A stretch of 64,000 nucleotides of DNA from IMG/VR virus record IMGVR_UViG_3300034101_003783, positions 32,001 through 96,000 of that record; one strand, written 5' to 3'. Origin of the DNA: a virus. A program made the translations under genes and the position numbers. Every line of letters starts with the position of its first letter. The first letter of the stretch is position 1. Shown here one piece after another: positions 30,836 through 40,357 of this stretch. Below the pieces are notes generated by a model. The model made no database searches. It was given only the letters and a program-made list of their open reading frames with translations, and was not told the origin of the DNA.

Positions 30836-31798
30836 ATGAAATGGAAAAAATTAGGACATATTTTTGATCCCACAACTTGGGATGATGGTATTGATAGGCC
30901 TTGGATGAAAAGTCATTCACAATGTACTCATTCATTAATATTAGACAATATTGTTAGAATTTATTTTTCTTGTAGACCTGAAAATGATGTAAATGGGTTT
31001 GCTAAATCTTATACAACATTTTTAGATTTGGATAAAAACGATTTGACAAAAATCGTAAGAGTTTCGGATAAACCAATACTACCTTTGGGTGATTTAGGTA
31101 CTTTTGATGAATTTGCGGTTTATCCTTCTTGTAATATAAAACATAAAAACAAAATTTTATTTTACTATGCTGGCTGGTCAAGGTGTCAATCTGTACCTTT
31201 TAACACCTCTATAGGATTAGCAATAAGTGAAGATAATGGAGAAACGTTTAAACGAATAGGAAAAGGACCAATACTTTCTGCGAGTGTTAATGAACCTTTT
31301 GTTTTAAGCGGACCAAAAGTTAGGATATTCAACGACAAGTGGTACATGTTTTATTTATCAGGAACAAAATGGATTGATTATAATGGTAAACCAGAAATAA
31401 TATATAAAAATAAATTGGCCTTTTCAGATGACGGTATTAATTGGGTTAAATATAATAAAAATATTATTCCTGATGTTTTAGATGAGAATGAATGTCAAGC
31501 AGGACCCGATGTATTTTTCAAAGACGGTTTATATCACATGTACTTTGTTTATAGGGAAGGTTTAGATTTTAGAACAAAAGAAGGTAGAGGTTATAAAATA
31601 GGTTACGCAACATCATTAGATTTATTAAACTGGGATCGTAAAGATAATGAGTCAGGAATTACATATTCAGAACATGGTTGGGATAGTAAAATGCATCATT
31701 ACCCTCATGTCTTTAATATTGGGAAAGAGTATTATATGACATATAATGGAAATGATTTTGGTAGGTATGGATTTGGGATTGCTAAATTAGAAAAATGA
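30836..31798 (+). CDS. Five-bladed beta-propeller glycosidase-like protein (GH32/43/130-like); probable start MKWKK
   Basis: Repeated blades: IGLAISEDNG, SDDGINW, YATSLDLLNW. Confidence 0.7.
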   Translation: MKWKKLGHIFDPTTWDDGIDRPWMKSHSQCTHSLILDNIVRIYFSCRPENDVNGFAKSYTTFLDLDKNDLTKIVRVSDKPILPLGDLGTFDEFAVYPSCNIKHKNKILFYYAGWSRCQSVPFNTSIGLAISEDNGETFKRIGKGPILSASVNEPFVLSGPKVRIFNDKWYMFYLSGTKWIDYNGKPEIIYKNKLAFSDDGINWVKYNKNIIPDVLDENECQAGPDVFFKDGLYHMYFVYREGLDFRTKEGRGYKIGYATSLDLLNWDRKDNESGITYSEHGWDSKMHHYPHVFNIGKEYYMTYNGNDFGRYGFGIAKLEK

Positions 31799-32961
31799 AT
31801 ATAGAATATAAAATAAATAACTCAACTATAGAGGACATAGTTTATCACCTAACTAATTGTTCTAAACTTTTTGTTCCCGAACTTAACACTTATGTTAATA
31901 TTTTAGAATATTCTAATAAAATTTTTAATAAAAGTGTGAGGTTTGAAGCATATAATGACGGAAATCTAATTGGGTTATTGGCATTATATATTAATGAAGA
32001 ATCTAAATCAACTTTTATAACAAATCTTAGTGTTGATATTAATCACCAAAAAAAAGGAGTATCAAAAAAATTATTAAATAACTGTAAAGATTTTAATTTT
32101 TATAAAAACTATGATTTTATTTTATTGGAAGTATTTAAAAAAAATATTAATGCTATTAACTTTTATAAAAAAAATAATTTTAAAATATTAAAAAATATAG
32201 AGGATAAATTAATTATGAAATTAGCAACAAGAAATTATGATCAAGAATTTTTAGACACTAAAGATCACAAATACGCATATAATTTTGATTTTGACGTAAT
32301 GCACCACTACATGGTTAAATCTTTTGAGCCTTTTATTAAAAAAGATAATGTGTTAGAATTAGGTAGTTTTAAAGGAGATTTTACAGAAAAAATAATACCT
32401 TTATTTAAAACCATAACTTGTATTGAAGGTTCCGAATCTGCCGTTAAAATAGCAAAGGAAAAATTTAATGAAAGTGTGGAAATAATACATTCCACATTTG
32501 AAGATCTTTGTCTAGAAAGAAGTTTTGACAATGTAATTCTTACTCATGTATTAGAACATATTGATGACCCAATAGGACTATTAAAAAAAATTAATAACAA
32601 TTGGTTAACAGATGATGGATTTTTATTTGTGGTTTGCCCAAATGCAAATGCACCATCAAGACAGATTGCCGTAAAAATGGGTCTAATAACACACAATAGC
32701 GCAATAACAGATTCTGAAGAAAAACACGGACATAGAATAACATATACTTTAGACACATTAGAAAGAGATATTGTTAATTCTGGGTTAGAGGTCGTATATA
32801 GAAGCGGTATTTTTTTTAAATCTTTATCGAACTTTCAATGGGATAAGATTTTAAATACAGATATAATCACAAAAGAATATCTTGACGGTTGTTATAAATT
32901 AGGTCAACAATATCCTGACTTATGTTCTAGTATATTTTTTGTTTGTAAAAAAGGTAAATAA
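31795..32961 (+). CDS. GNAT acetyltransferase fused to a class I SAM methyltransferase
   Basis: HQKKGVSKKL and NAINFYKK (GNAT); LELGSFKG and HVLEH (MTase). Confidence 0.8.
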   Translation: MNIEYKINNSTIEDIVYHLTNCSKLFVPELNTYVNILEYSNKIFNKSVRFEAYNDGNLIGLLALYINEESKSTFITNLSVDINHQKKGVSKKLLNNCKDFNFYKNYDFILLEVFKKNINAINFYKKNNFKILKNIEDKLIMKLATRNYDQEFLDTKDHKYAYNFDFDVMHHYMVKSFEPFIKKDNVLELGSFKGDFTEKIIPLFKTITCIEGSESAVKIAKEKFNESVEIIHSTFEDLCLERSFDNVILTHVLEHIDDPIGLLKKINNNWLTDDGFLFVVCPNANAPSRQIAVKMGLITHNSAITDSEEKHGHRITYTLDTLERDIVNSGLEVVYRSGIFFKSLSNFQWDKILNTDIITKEYLDGCYKLGQQYPDLCSSIFFVCKKGK

Positions 32962-32964
32962 ATT

Positions 32965-33669
32965 ATGAAGATTGGAATTATAATTTGTACATACAAAAGA
33001 AAAGATGGTAAAACGTTTGAGTATTTAACAAATACGTTAAATTCAGTTTTAGATCAAAAATATAAAAATTATAAAATATATTTAATAGGGGATAGATATG
33101 AGGATAGGGATGAGTTTGAGTTATATAGAAATTTATTATCATCAATTGATTCTCATTGTGAAAATTTAGGATTTGCAAATGAAAGAGATGTTTATGGGGA
33201 AAACAAAATTGCTTTGTGGTCTTACGCAGGGACTTTTGCAACAAATTACGCAATGGACCTATGTCAAAAAGATAATATTGATTATGTTTGTTTTTTAAAT
33301 CATGATGATTTTTGGTATTCAGAGCATCTAGAAGAAATAAATAATTTAATAACAACAGATAAAACTGATTTTATATGTACCAAATCTACAAACAGAGGAG
33401 GTACGTTACCAAACATAAATTCAGAAAACAAATACGTAGAATTTAATCCGGTCCCTTGCGGTTTAATACATTCTTCAGTTTGCATGAATATAAAAACAAT
33501 ACCTTTAAGATATATTGACATTTTTAAAGAAACAGGTCAAATAGGTTTACCTGGTGATGCGGAATTTTGGTCTCGTGTTTCTGAACATATAACAAAAAAT
33601 AATTTAAAAAGTAAATTAATAAATGTGTTGACTTGTAGACACGATGAAGAAGGTTATGAATTAAGATAA
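32965..33669 (+). CDS. GT2 glycosyltransferase
   Basis: IIICTY, LNHDDFW. Confidence 0.75.
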   Translation: MKIGIIICTYKRKDGKTFEYLTNTLNSVLDQKYKNYKIYLIGDRYEDRDEFELYRNLLSSIDSHCENLGFANERDVYGENKIALWSYAGTFATNYAMDLCQKDNIDYVCFLNHDDFWYSEHLEEINNLITTDKTDFICTKSTNRGGTLPNINSENKYVEFNPVPCGLIHSSVCMNIKTIPLRYIDIFKETGQIGLPGDAEFWSRVSEHITKNNLKSKLINVLTCRHDEEGYELR

Positions 33670-33673
33670 TATT

Positions 33674-34501
33674 ATGAAAAAAATTATAAATTTTACACCA
33701 ACAGGAACACAAACAAATAGAGAAAATTCATTAGCGCCCCTAACACCAAATGAAATTATCGAAGAAGTTCATGAGGCATATGAGTTTGGTATTACCATGA
33801 CCCATATTCATGCAAGAGACCCTAAAGATTTTTCAAACACATATAAGAAAGAAATATATAAGCCTATAATAGATGGCATAAGAAAACATTGCCCCAATTT
33901 AGTGATTTGCGTTTCTTTAACGGGAAGATTGTTTCCTGAGTTTGATAAAAGATCTGAAGTGTTAGAATTGTATCCTGATATGGGATCATTAACAATGTCA
34001 TCATTAAATTTCCCAAAATCATCATCTATTAATGAACCAAAAATTATTTTAGATCTAATAGAAAAAATGAAATTGTATGGTGTAATTCCTGAAATAGAAT
34101 GTTTTGATTCAGGTATGATTAACTATACTAAGTATTTAATGGATAAAAAAATTTTAGATGAACCTAATTATATGAATATTATTTTAGGTAATATTTATAA
34201 CGCACAAACAGACATATCAACAATATCCTCAATAATTAGTAATTTACCAAAAGATACAAAAGTTTGTTTAGGTGGGATTGGTAAAGATCAATTAAAATCA
34301 AATATTATGGGTTTAATGTATGCTAACGGAGTAAGAATTGGTCTTGAAGATAATTTATATTATTATGAAAAAAATTTAACAAAAAATATAGATCTATTAA
34401 AAAGAATTCACAGAATTATAGTAGAACTAAATTATGAAGTTTTATCGCCTTTAGAATTTAAAGAATTAGGTTTTGGTAATAAAATTTTAAATAAAAAATA
34501 G
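33674..34501 (+). CDS. Beta-keto acid cleavage enzyme (Kce/DUF849 family)
   Basis: PLTPNEI, HIHARD, PEIECFD, VRIGLED. Confidence 0.88.
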   Translation: MKKIINFTPTGTQTNRENSLAPLTPNEIIEEVHEAYEFGITMTHIHARDPKDFSNTYKKEIYKPIIDGIRKHCPNLVICVSLTGRLFPEFDKRSEVLELYPDMGSLTMSSLNFPKSSSINEPKIILDLIEKMKLYGVIPEIECFDSGMINYTKYLMDKKILDEPNYMNIILGNIYNAQTDISTISSIISNLPKDTKVCLGGIGKDQLKSNIMGLMYANGVRIGLEDNLYYYEKNLTKNIDLLKRIHRIIVELNYEVLSPLEFKELGFGNKILNKK

Positions 34502-34504
34502 TAT

Positions 34505-35131
34505 TTGGAGGAGATAACAATATTAGGGTTTACAGAGTCACATTTTTATATGATTTTGGATATTATAGATGGGTTAAGAATTAACCCAAATATTTTTATT
34601 TATGATAACCAAAATAGACATGTTGAAAACAAAAAATTTGTTCGTAAAAATATTTTAAAGATAGAATCTTTAAAAAATAAAAAAAATTATGTTTTATGTT
34701 TTGCAAAACCTTTTGGAAAGAAAAAATTTATTGAGGAATTAAATTTAAATAGCAGCTTATTTATAAATTTAATTCATAACTCATCTGTTATCTCAAATTA
34801 CTGTGACTTAGGTGTAGGGGTAAGAATAGAGCCATTATGTGTTATTTCTAATAACACAATAATAGAAGACTACGTTCATATTAATCGGGGGTCTTATATT
34901 GGTCACCATTGTAAAATAGGTAAATACTCAACTATAAATCCTGGAGTTAATTTAAGTGGTGGTGTAATTATTGGTGAAAACACGGAAATAGGAATTGGTA
35001 CGAATATTATTAATAATATTAAGATTGGTAAAAATGTTTTGATTGGAGCTGGTTCGGTTGTAACTAAAGATATTCCTGATAATGTTATTGCGTTTGGTAA
35101 TCCATGTAAAATAATAAAAGAAAATTTATAA
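34505..35131 (+). CDS. PglD/NeuD-like hexapeptide-repeat acyltransferase
   Basis: Hexapeptide repeats, IGAGSVVTKDIP, GNP. Confidence 0.85.
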   Translation: MEEITILGFTESHFYMILDIIDGLRINPNIFIYDNQNRHVENKKFVRKNILKIESLKNKKNYVLCFAKPFGKKKFIEELNLNSSLFINLIHNSSVISNYCDLGVGVRIEPLCVISNNTIIEDYVHINRGSYIGHHCKIGKYSTINPGVNLSGGVIIGENTEIGIGTNIINNIKIGKNVLIGAGSVVTKDIPDNVIAFGNPCKIIKENL

Positions 35132-35704
35132 ATGTTACACATTATAACACCTCTATATAGACCAAATAACCTAAAATTAATATGGGAATCTATTCCAAAA
35201 CATACAGATATTACGTGGCATATCTCAAAGTCAAATAAAACAGAAAAATTAAATTTTAATTTTTTAAATGAAGATAATAGAATAAAAATATACGAAGTTG
35301 ATTGTGATGATAATGAAGCATTCAAAAAAAGAAGATCAGTATTAGAAAATATTAAAGATGGTTATTTTTGTTTTTTAGATGACGATACAATTTTTAACAT
35401 AAATATGTATAAAAAATATGTTTTATGTGAAAAACAAAATTTTCACGGTATTGTTATAGGTCGACAAATAAGAAAAAATGGTACTTTAAGATTAAAACCA
35501 TCTTACCCAAAATCTGGATTTATTGATGTTGGTAATGTTTTGGCACATAGTGGGTGTTTAGAAAAATGTGAGTGGCCCGAAACATATACAAAAGGAGTAA
35601 ATCATAGAGATTTTCTTTTTTGGAATTCTGTTTATATTTACTATGAAAAAAAATGTGTCCTATGGGATTACGTAATAAGTTACTACAATAAACTAAGAAC
35701 ATAA
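35132..35704 (+). CDS. GT2-like glycosyltransferase
   Basis: IITP, FLDDD. Confidence 0.7.
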   Translation: MLHIITPLYRPNNLKLIWESIPKHTDITWHISKSNKTEKLNFNFLNEDNRIKIYEVDCDDNEAFKKRRSVLENIKDGYFCFLDDDTIFNINMYKKYVLCEKQNFHGIVIGRQIRKNGTLRLKPSYPKSGFIDVGNVLAHSGCLEKCEWPETYTKGVNHRDFLFWNSVYIYYEKKCVLWDYVISYYNKLRT

Positions 35705-35709
35705 AAAAA

Positions 35710-36444
35710 ATGACAAGAAAAAAACCTATACATCAGAAAGAAGAATCATCAGTACCAATAGCATCAAAAAAAGACTTTATAAATACAGTAATAAAGAAAA
35801 AACAAAAAAATAAATTTTTATCTGAACACCAAGAAGATTATTACAACATTTTAAAAACAAATCAAATCACAATTGCATCAGGACCAGCCGGAGTCGGTAA
35901 ATCTTATATTGCAATGAAAGCTGCGGTTGATTTACTTATAGACCCGGATAATTCATATGAAAAGATCATTATTGTAAGACCGGCGGTTGAGGCCGAAGAA
36001 AAACTTGGTTCACTTCCCGGTAACCTTGAGGAAAAGTTAGATCCATATATTTTTCCATCTTATTACCTTTTAAATAAAATTATTGGGAAGGAATCCAGAG
36101 AAAAATTAAAAGAAGCTGAAATTATTGAGGTGTTTGCTTTGGCCTATATGAGGGGAATGAACATTGACAACTCAATATTAATTTTTGATGAAGCTCAAAA
36201 CTCAACACCAAATCAAATGAAATTATTATTAACAAGAATCGGTTTTAATAGTAAATTTTTTATTTCTGGTGATTTAGAACAGACTGACCGGTACAAAGAT
36301 AAAAAACAATCCGGTCTTTATGACGCTCTACAAAGATTTAAAGGTATTCCAGACATTGGTGTTTATGATTTTAGAAACGCTAAAAATGTTCGTAATCCAT
36401 TAATCAGTAAAATTTTAGCAGAATATGAAGAGAATAGGGATTGA
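35710..36444 (+). CDS. phoH: PhoH-family ATPase
   Basis: GPAGVGKS, RPAVE, LGSLPG, YMRG, DEAQN, GDLEQ. Confidence 0.95.
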   Translation: MTRKKPIHQKEESSVPIASKKDFINTVIKKKQKNKFLSEHQEDYYNILKTNQITIASGPAGVGKSYIAMKAAVDLLIDPDNSYEKIIIVRPAVEAEEKLGSLPGNLEEKLDPYIFPSYYLLNKIIGKESREKLKEAEIIEVFALAYMRGMNIDNSILIFDEAQNSTPNQMKLLLTRIGFNSKFFISGDLEQTDRYKDKKQSGLYDALQRFKGIPDIGVYDFRNAKNVRNPLISKILAEYEENRD

Positions 36445-37108
36445 GGTTAACGGTGTTCTTAGAGATACTTTAGGTAAATTTAAGCAAATTTATGAAAAAC
36501 ATTTAATTGATTCTGATCAAAATAACGAATTAGAATCATATGAGTTGGATTTTAAATTAGATGAGGATGAGTATTTAGATATTTCTAAAAAAGAATCTAC
36601 AGAACCATTTAAATACGAAATTATTAGTGATGTAAATTCTTTAGACTTATTGAATCATTTTAAATTTAAATCTAAAGATGAATTATATTCATTTATGTAT
36701 GAAGAATATACTATGGAAATTTTTGGCCATTCTCCTTCATCAGAAATTAACACTTTTAATATACTAAATGAAATATATTATAATTTAAGAGATGAATATG
36801 ATATATTAATTGTGTCCGATGAGATAGGTAAATCAAAACCATCTTCACTATTTTTTCTCTCTAAATTTGGGTGTTTAATCGAAAAAGTATTTTTTTATAG
36901 TGAACTAACAAAAAATAAAATGTTTGATGAAGTAGATATTTTACTTACTTCAAATCCTAACTTATTATTAAATAGTTATCAGGATAAAATTTTAATAAAA
37001 TATGAAACTGATTATAATAAACAAATACCTGTCAAATACACAATAAAATCTTTATCTGAATTTGAAGGTATAATTAAAAAAATAAATTACGATGTTCAAA
37101 ATTTTTAA
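36425..37108 (+). CDS. HAD-like 5'(3')-nucleotidase homolog with a degenerate motif I
   Basis: IGIEVNGVLRD in place of DxDGVL. Confidence 0.5.
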   Translation: MKRIGIEVNGVLRDTLGKFKQIYEKHLIDSDQNNELESYELDFKLDEDEYLDISKKESTEPFKYEIISDVNSLDLLNHFKFKSKDELYSFMYEEYTMEIFGHSPSSEINTFNILNEIYYNLRDEYDILIVSDEIGKSKPSSLFFLSKFGCLIEKVFFYSELTKNKMFDEVDILLTSNPNLLLNSYQDKILIKYETDYNKQIPVKYTIKSLSEFEGIIKKINYDVQNF

Positions 37109-37346
37109 TGAAAACTATTACATTGATCTTGATGTATTAGATGACTATGTTAATATAACAAGTTTAAGTGGGGAACCTCAAATACATTTGGTTAAGTATG
37201 AAACAATAAAATCTATGTTAGAGACTGTTTTAACCGAAAGTAACGAAATTGATGATAATTTGGGTTTAAAAAATAGTGAATTGTCAATACCTTTTAAAGT
37301 TGCATTTAATACTCTACTAATAAAAAAAATAATAAACAAATTATAA
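37092..37346 (+). CDS. Hypothetical protein
   Basis: 84-aa overlapping ORF. Confidence 0.55.
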   Translation: MFKIFNENYYIDLDVLDDYVNITSLSGEPQIHLVKYETIKSMLETVLTESNEIDDNLGLKNSELSIPFKVAFNTLLIKKIINKL

Positions 37347-37350
37347 AACT

Positions 37351-38409
37351 ATGAATACTGAACAGATATCAAAATTAGAAAAGTCTATTCAAAACATGAA
37401 AGACAAAAAATCAAGAATATATTTTCTTGTACAAGACACTAAAGGAAACGCTAAGGCATCAATTAGATACATTTATCATATAGCGTTAGAACTTAAAAAA
37501 GAAGGTTTTAATCCTATTATATTGCATGAAAAACCAGATTATTACGGTGTTGCAAATTGGCTTGGGGATGAATATATGAACGAATTACCACACAAAGCAA
37601 TAGAAGGTACAAATTTAGATGTTTCTCCTGAAGATTTTATTATTATACCAGAAATATATGGGTTTGTGATGGACCAAATAACAAATTTACCTTGTGGTAA
37701 AATTGTTCTGTGCCAAGCATATGATCATATTTTTGAAACTTTACAACCAGGTCAAACATGGCCCCTTTTAGGTTTCTTTAAATGTTTAACAACATCTGAA
37801 AATCAAAAAGAATATATTAAAAATGTTGTTAGAAATATTTCTATAGATGTTATTGAACCTAAGATTTCTAATGTTTTTGAAAAACAACAGGCCCCACCTA
37901 AAACCATTGTTTCAATCCATACAAGAGAACATAGAGATACTACAAATTTAATAAAAACATTTTACGCAAAATTTCCTCAATATAGATGGATTACCTTTAG
38001 AGATTTAAGGGGATTATCTGAAACTGAATTTTCAGATGCAATGAAAGAAAGTTTTGTTTCAGTTTGGATTGATGAGGTTAGTGGATGGGGTACTTTTCCT
38101 TTAGAGTCAATAAAAATGGGAATCCCTGTAATAGGTTTAGTACCTAATTTAGTCCCTAATTGGATGAATGAAGATAATGGGGTTTGGATTAATAATAAAA
38201 ATATGTTTCCAGATGTTATTGCCGACTTTATTCAAAATTGGCTAGAGGATAATATTAATCCTGAATTATATGATAACATGGAAAAAACATCTGAAAATTT
38301 ATCTACTGACGAAAAATTTAACACAGATGTAATTGAGTTTTTTAATCAAATAATATCAACAAGATTAGAGAATTTTGAATCACAATTAAATAAATTAGAA
38401 ACAATATAA
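37351..38409 (+). CDS. GT-B glycosyltransferase-like protein
   Basis: IIPE, GWGTFPLESIKMGIPVIG (GT4-like EGFGxxxLE motif). Confidence 0.7.
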   Translation: MNTEQISKLEKSIQNMKDKKSRIYFLVQDTKGNAKASIRYIYHIALELKKEGFNPIILHEKPDYYGVANWLGDEYMNELPHKAIEGTNLDVSPEDFIIIPEIYGFVMDQITNLPCGKIVLCQAYDHIFETLQPGQTWPLLGFFKCLTTSENQKEYIKNVVRNISIDVIEPKISNVFEKQQAPPKTIVSIHTREHRDTTNLIKTFYAKFPQYRWITFRDLRGLSETEFSDAMKESFVSVWIDEVSGWGTFPLESIKMGIPVIGLVPNLVPNWMNEDNGVWINNKNMFPDVIADFIQNWLEDNINPELYDNMEKTSENLSTDEKFNTDVIEFFNQIISTRLENFESQLNKLETI

Positions 38410-38412
38410 AAT

Positions 38413-39219
38413 ATGGAAAATAAAAATACAATATCTGTGGTTTTACCTATAAAATCTGGTAAAGTTAGAAATTTTGAGGATTACTTTAACAAATGTATCA
38501 CCTCTGTCAAAAATCAAAAAGAATACATAAATGAATTAATAATAGTTTATTGTGACGAAACTTCTTTGGTTGATCATATTAATTCTTATGATTTTGATGG
38601 TTTAAATGTTGTTAAATTACTTTGGGAAAAAGATCCTAATTTTGCAGATCAAATTAATTTTGGTGTTTCGTCTTCAAATTCTGAATGGGTCTCATTTTTA
38701 GAATTTGACGATGAGTACTCAAACATATGGTTTAAAAATGCAAAAAAATATATGGATATTTATAAAAATGTTGGTGTATTTTTACCAATAGTTGTCGATG
38801 TTAACGAACAAGGGGTTTTTGTTGGGTTTACAAATGAAGCAACTTTTGCGGCAAATATATCACAAGAGCTAGGACTTTTAACTAATGAAACATTACTTAA
38901 TTATCAAAATTTTCAATTTTCAGGAATTTTAGTTAAAAAAGAAGAGTTTATTAATAATGGTAGTTTAAAAAACAACATAAAACTAACTTTTGGATATGAG
39001 TTCTTTTTAAGATTAACTCAGAATTCTGTTAAAATTATGAGTATCCCTAAAATTGGTTATAAACATGTCAACCTTAGAGAGGGTTCTATATTTTGGAATT
39101 ATAAAAATGGGGATGAAAGACTAAGTGAGGATGAAGTTAAGTTTTGGATAGATTCTGCTAAAAAAGAATTTTTCTATATTAAACAAAGAGAAATAAAATA
39201 TGAACCCCAAGAGGTTTAA
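38413..39219 (+). CDS. GT2 glycosyltransferase
   Basis: ISVVLP, SFLEFDD. Confidence 0.75.
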   Translation: MENKNTISVVLPIKSGKVRNFEDYFNKCITSVKNQKEYINELIIVYCDETSLVDHINSYDFDGLNVVKLLWEKDPNFADQINFGVSSSNSEWVSFLEFDDEYSNIWFKNAKKYMDIYKNVGVFLPIVVDVNEQGVFVGFTNEATFAANISQELGLLTNETLLNYQNFQFSGILVKKEEFINNGSLKNNIKLTFGYEFFLRLTQNSVKIMSIPKIGYKHVNLREGSIFWNYKNGDERLSEDEVKFWIDSAKKEFFYIKQREIKYEPQEV

Positions 39220-39968
39220 TGAATTTAGAAACTAATTTAAACGAAGAAACGAATGAAAAGAAAAAGAAGGGAAGAAAACCTAAGTTAAATAATTATTTTG
39301 ATGAGCCAGAAGAAAATGCGGTTAGGATGTATCTAACCGCAACCACAATGGATGAAAAGAATAAAATTTATAATGATTATTTAAGATTTCCCTTAGACAA
39401 AATGATATCGTCAATAATAAGACGATATAAATTATATAGAAAAGATATGAACTTTGAGGAAATTCATATTGATACTCATTCATTTTTGATGACTAAAATT
39501 GATAAGTTTAAGCCATCAAAAGAAAAAAAAGCATATTCTTATTTTGGAACTATATGTAAAAACTATCTTATGGGTCAGATTTTAAAAGATCAAAAAGATA
39601 TGAATCGTAAAGTTTCTTATGAGGACATTTCGGCGGATTTACATAACGCCCCTGATATGATTTATCACATTGATAATGATGATGTATCTACAGAAGAAAT
39701 AATAAATAAATTTATTATTAAATTAGGTGATTCTATGGATGAAAAAAATATTAATGAACAAGAAGTTAAGTTAGGTCAGGCTCTTATGGAAATTTTTAAA
39801 AATTATAATAATATATTTGTTGACGATACAAACAATAACAAATTTAACAAAAACGTTGTTTTGTTTGAAATAAGGGAAATGACTAATTTATCAACTAAAG
39901 AAATACGTAATTCCCTTAAAAGATATAAAAAAATATATCAAGAAATTATAAATGATCTTTTAAAATAA
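39219..39968 (+). CDS. gp55: gp55-like late-transcription sigma factor
   Basis: NNYF N-terminus; KFKPSKEKKAYSYFGTICKNYL resembles the gp55/sigma region 2 motif (FDPEK..N.FAYFT.I..N). Confidence 0.65.
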   Translation: MNLETNLNEETNEKKKKGRKPKLNNYFDEPEENAVRMYLTATTMDEKNKIYNDYLRFPLDKMISSIIRRYKLYRKDMNFEEIHIDTHSFLMTKIDKFKPSKEKKAYSYFGTICKNYLMGQILKDQKDMNRKVSYEDISADLHNAPDMIYHIDNDDVSTEEIINKFIIKLGDSMDEKNINEQEVKLGQALMEIFKNYNNIFVDDTNNNKFNKNVVLFEIREMTNLSTKEIRNSLKRYKKIYQEIINDLLK

Positions 39969-39988
39969 AAACAAAAATATTTATTTAT

Positions 39989-40357
39989 ATGCCAAGACCA
40001 CCAAAAAAAGAAATTAATTTAAGTAAAGATTCTCTCTTATCTTTAATGCAAGAAATATATAATGAAATAGTTGAACAAAGAAATACCGCAATAAGAATAC
40101 AAAATAAAATGTTAACTATGATGAAAGAACCTGAAGATATGACTCTTATAGGTCCTGTTATTGAAAAACAACAAAAAATAATTAACGATTGTGTGGAAAA
40201 AAAATTATCTCTATCAAAATTACAAGCCCAAATATGGCAAAAGTCACAAGAAAAACAAGACAATTTTACATTGTCTGATATAGATATGGACGAAGATATT
40301 TTACAATCTTTAATAGATAAAGATACTGATGATAAAAATTATAAACTTAAAAAATAA
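39989..40357 (+). CDS. Hypothetical protein
   Basis: Helical 122-aa ORF after a late motif. Confidence 0.6.
   Translation: MPRPPKKEINLSKDSLLSLMQEIYNEIVEQRNTAIRIQNKMLTMMKEPEDMTLIGPVIEKQQKIINDCVEKKLSLSKLQAQIWQKSQEKQDNFTLSDIDMDEDILQSLIDKDTDDKNYKLKK

Noticed and set aside
23389-39219. Bacterial chromosomal O-antigen locus (chimeric assembly)
   Set aside because: Genes are translationally coupled to phage-type exonuclease, dUTPase, PhoH and gp55, and there are no wzx/wzy or ABC export genes
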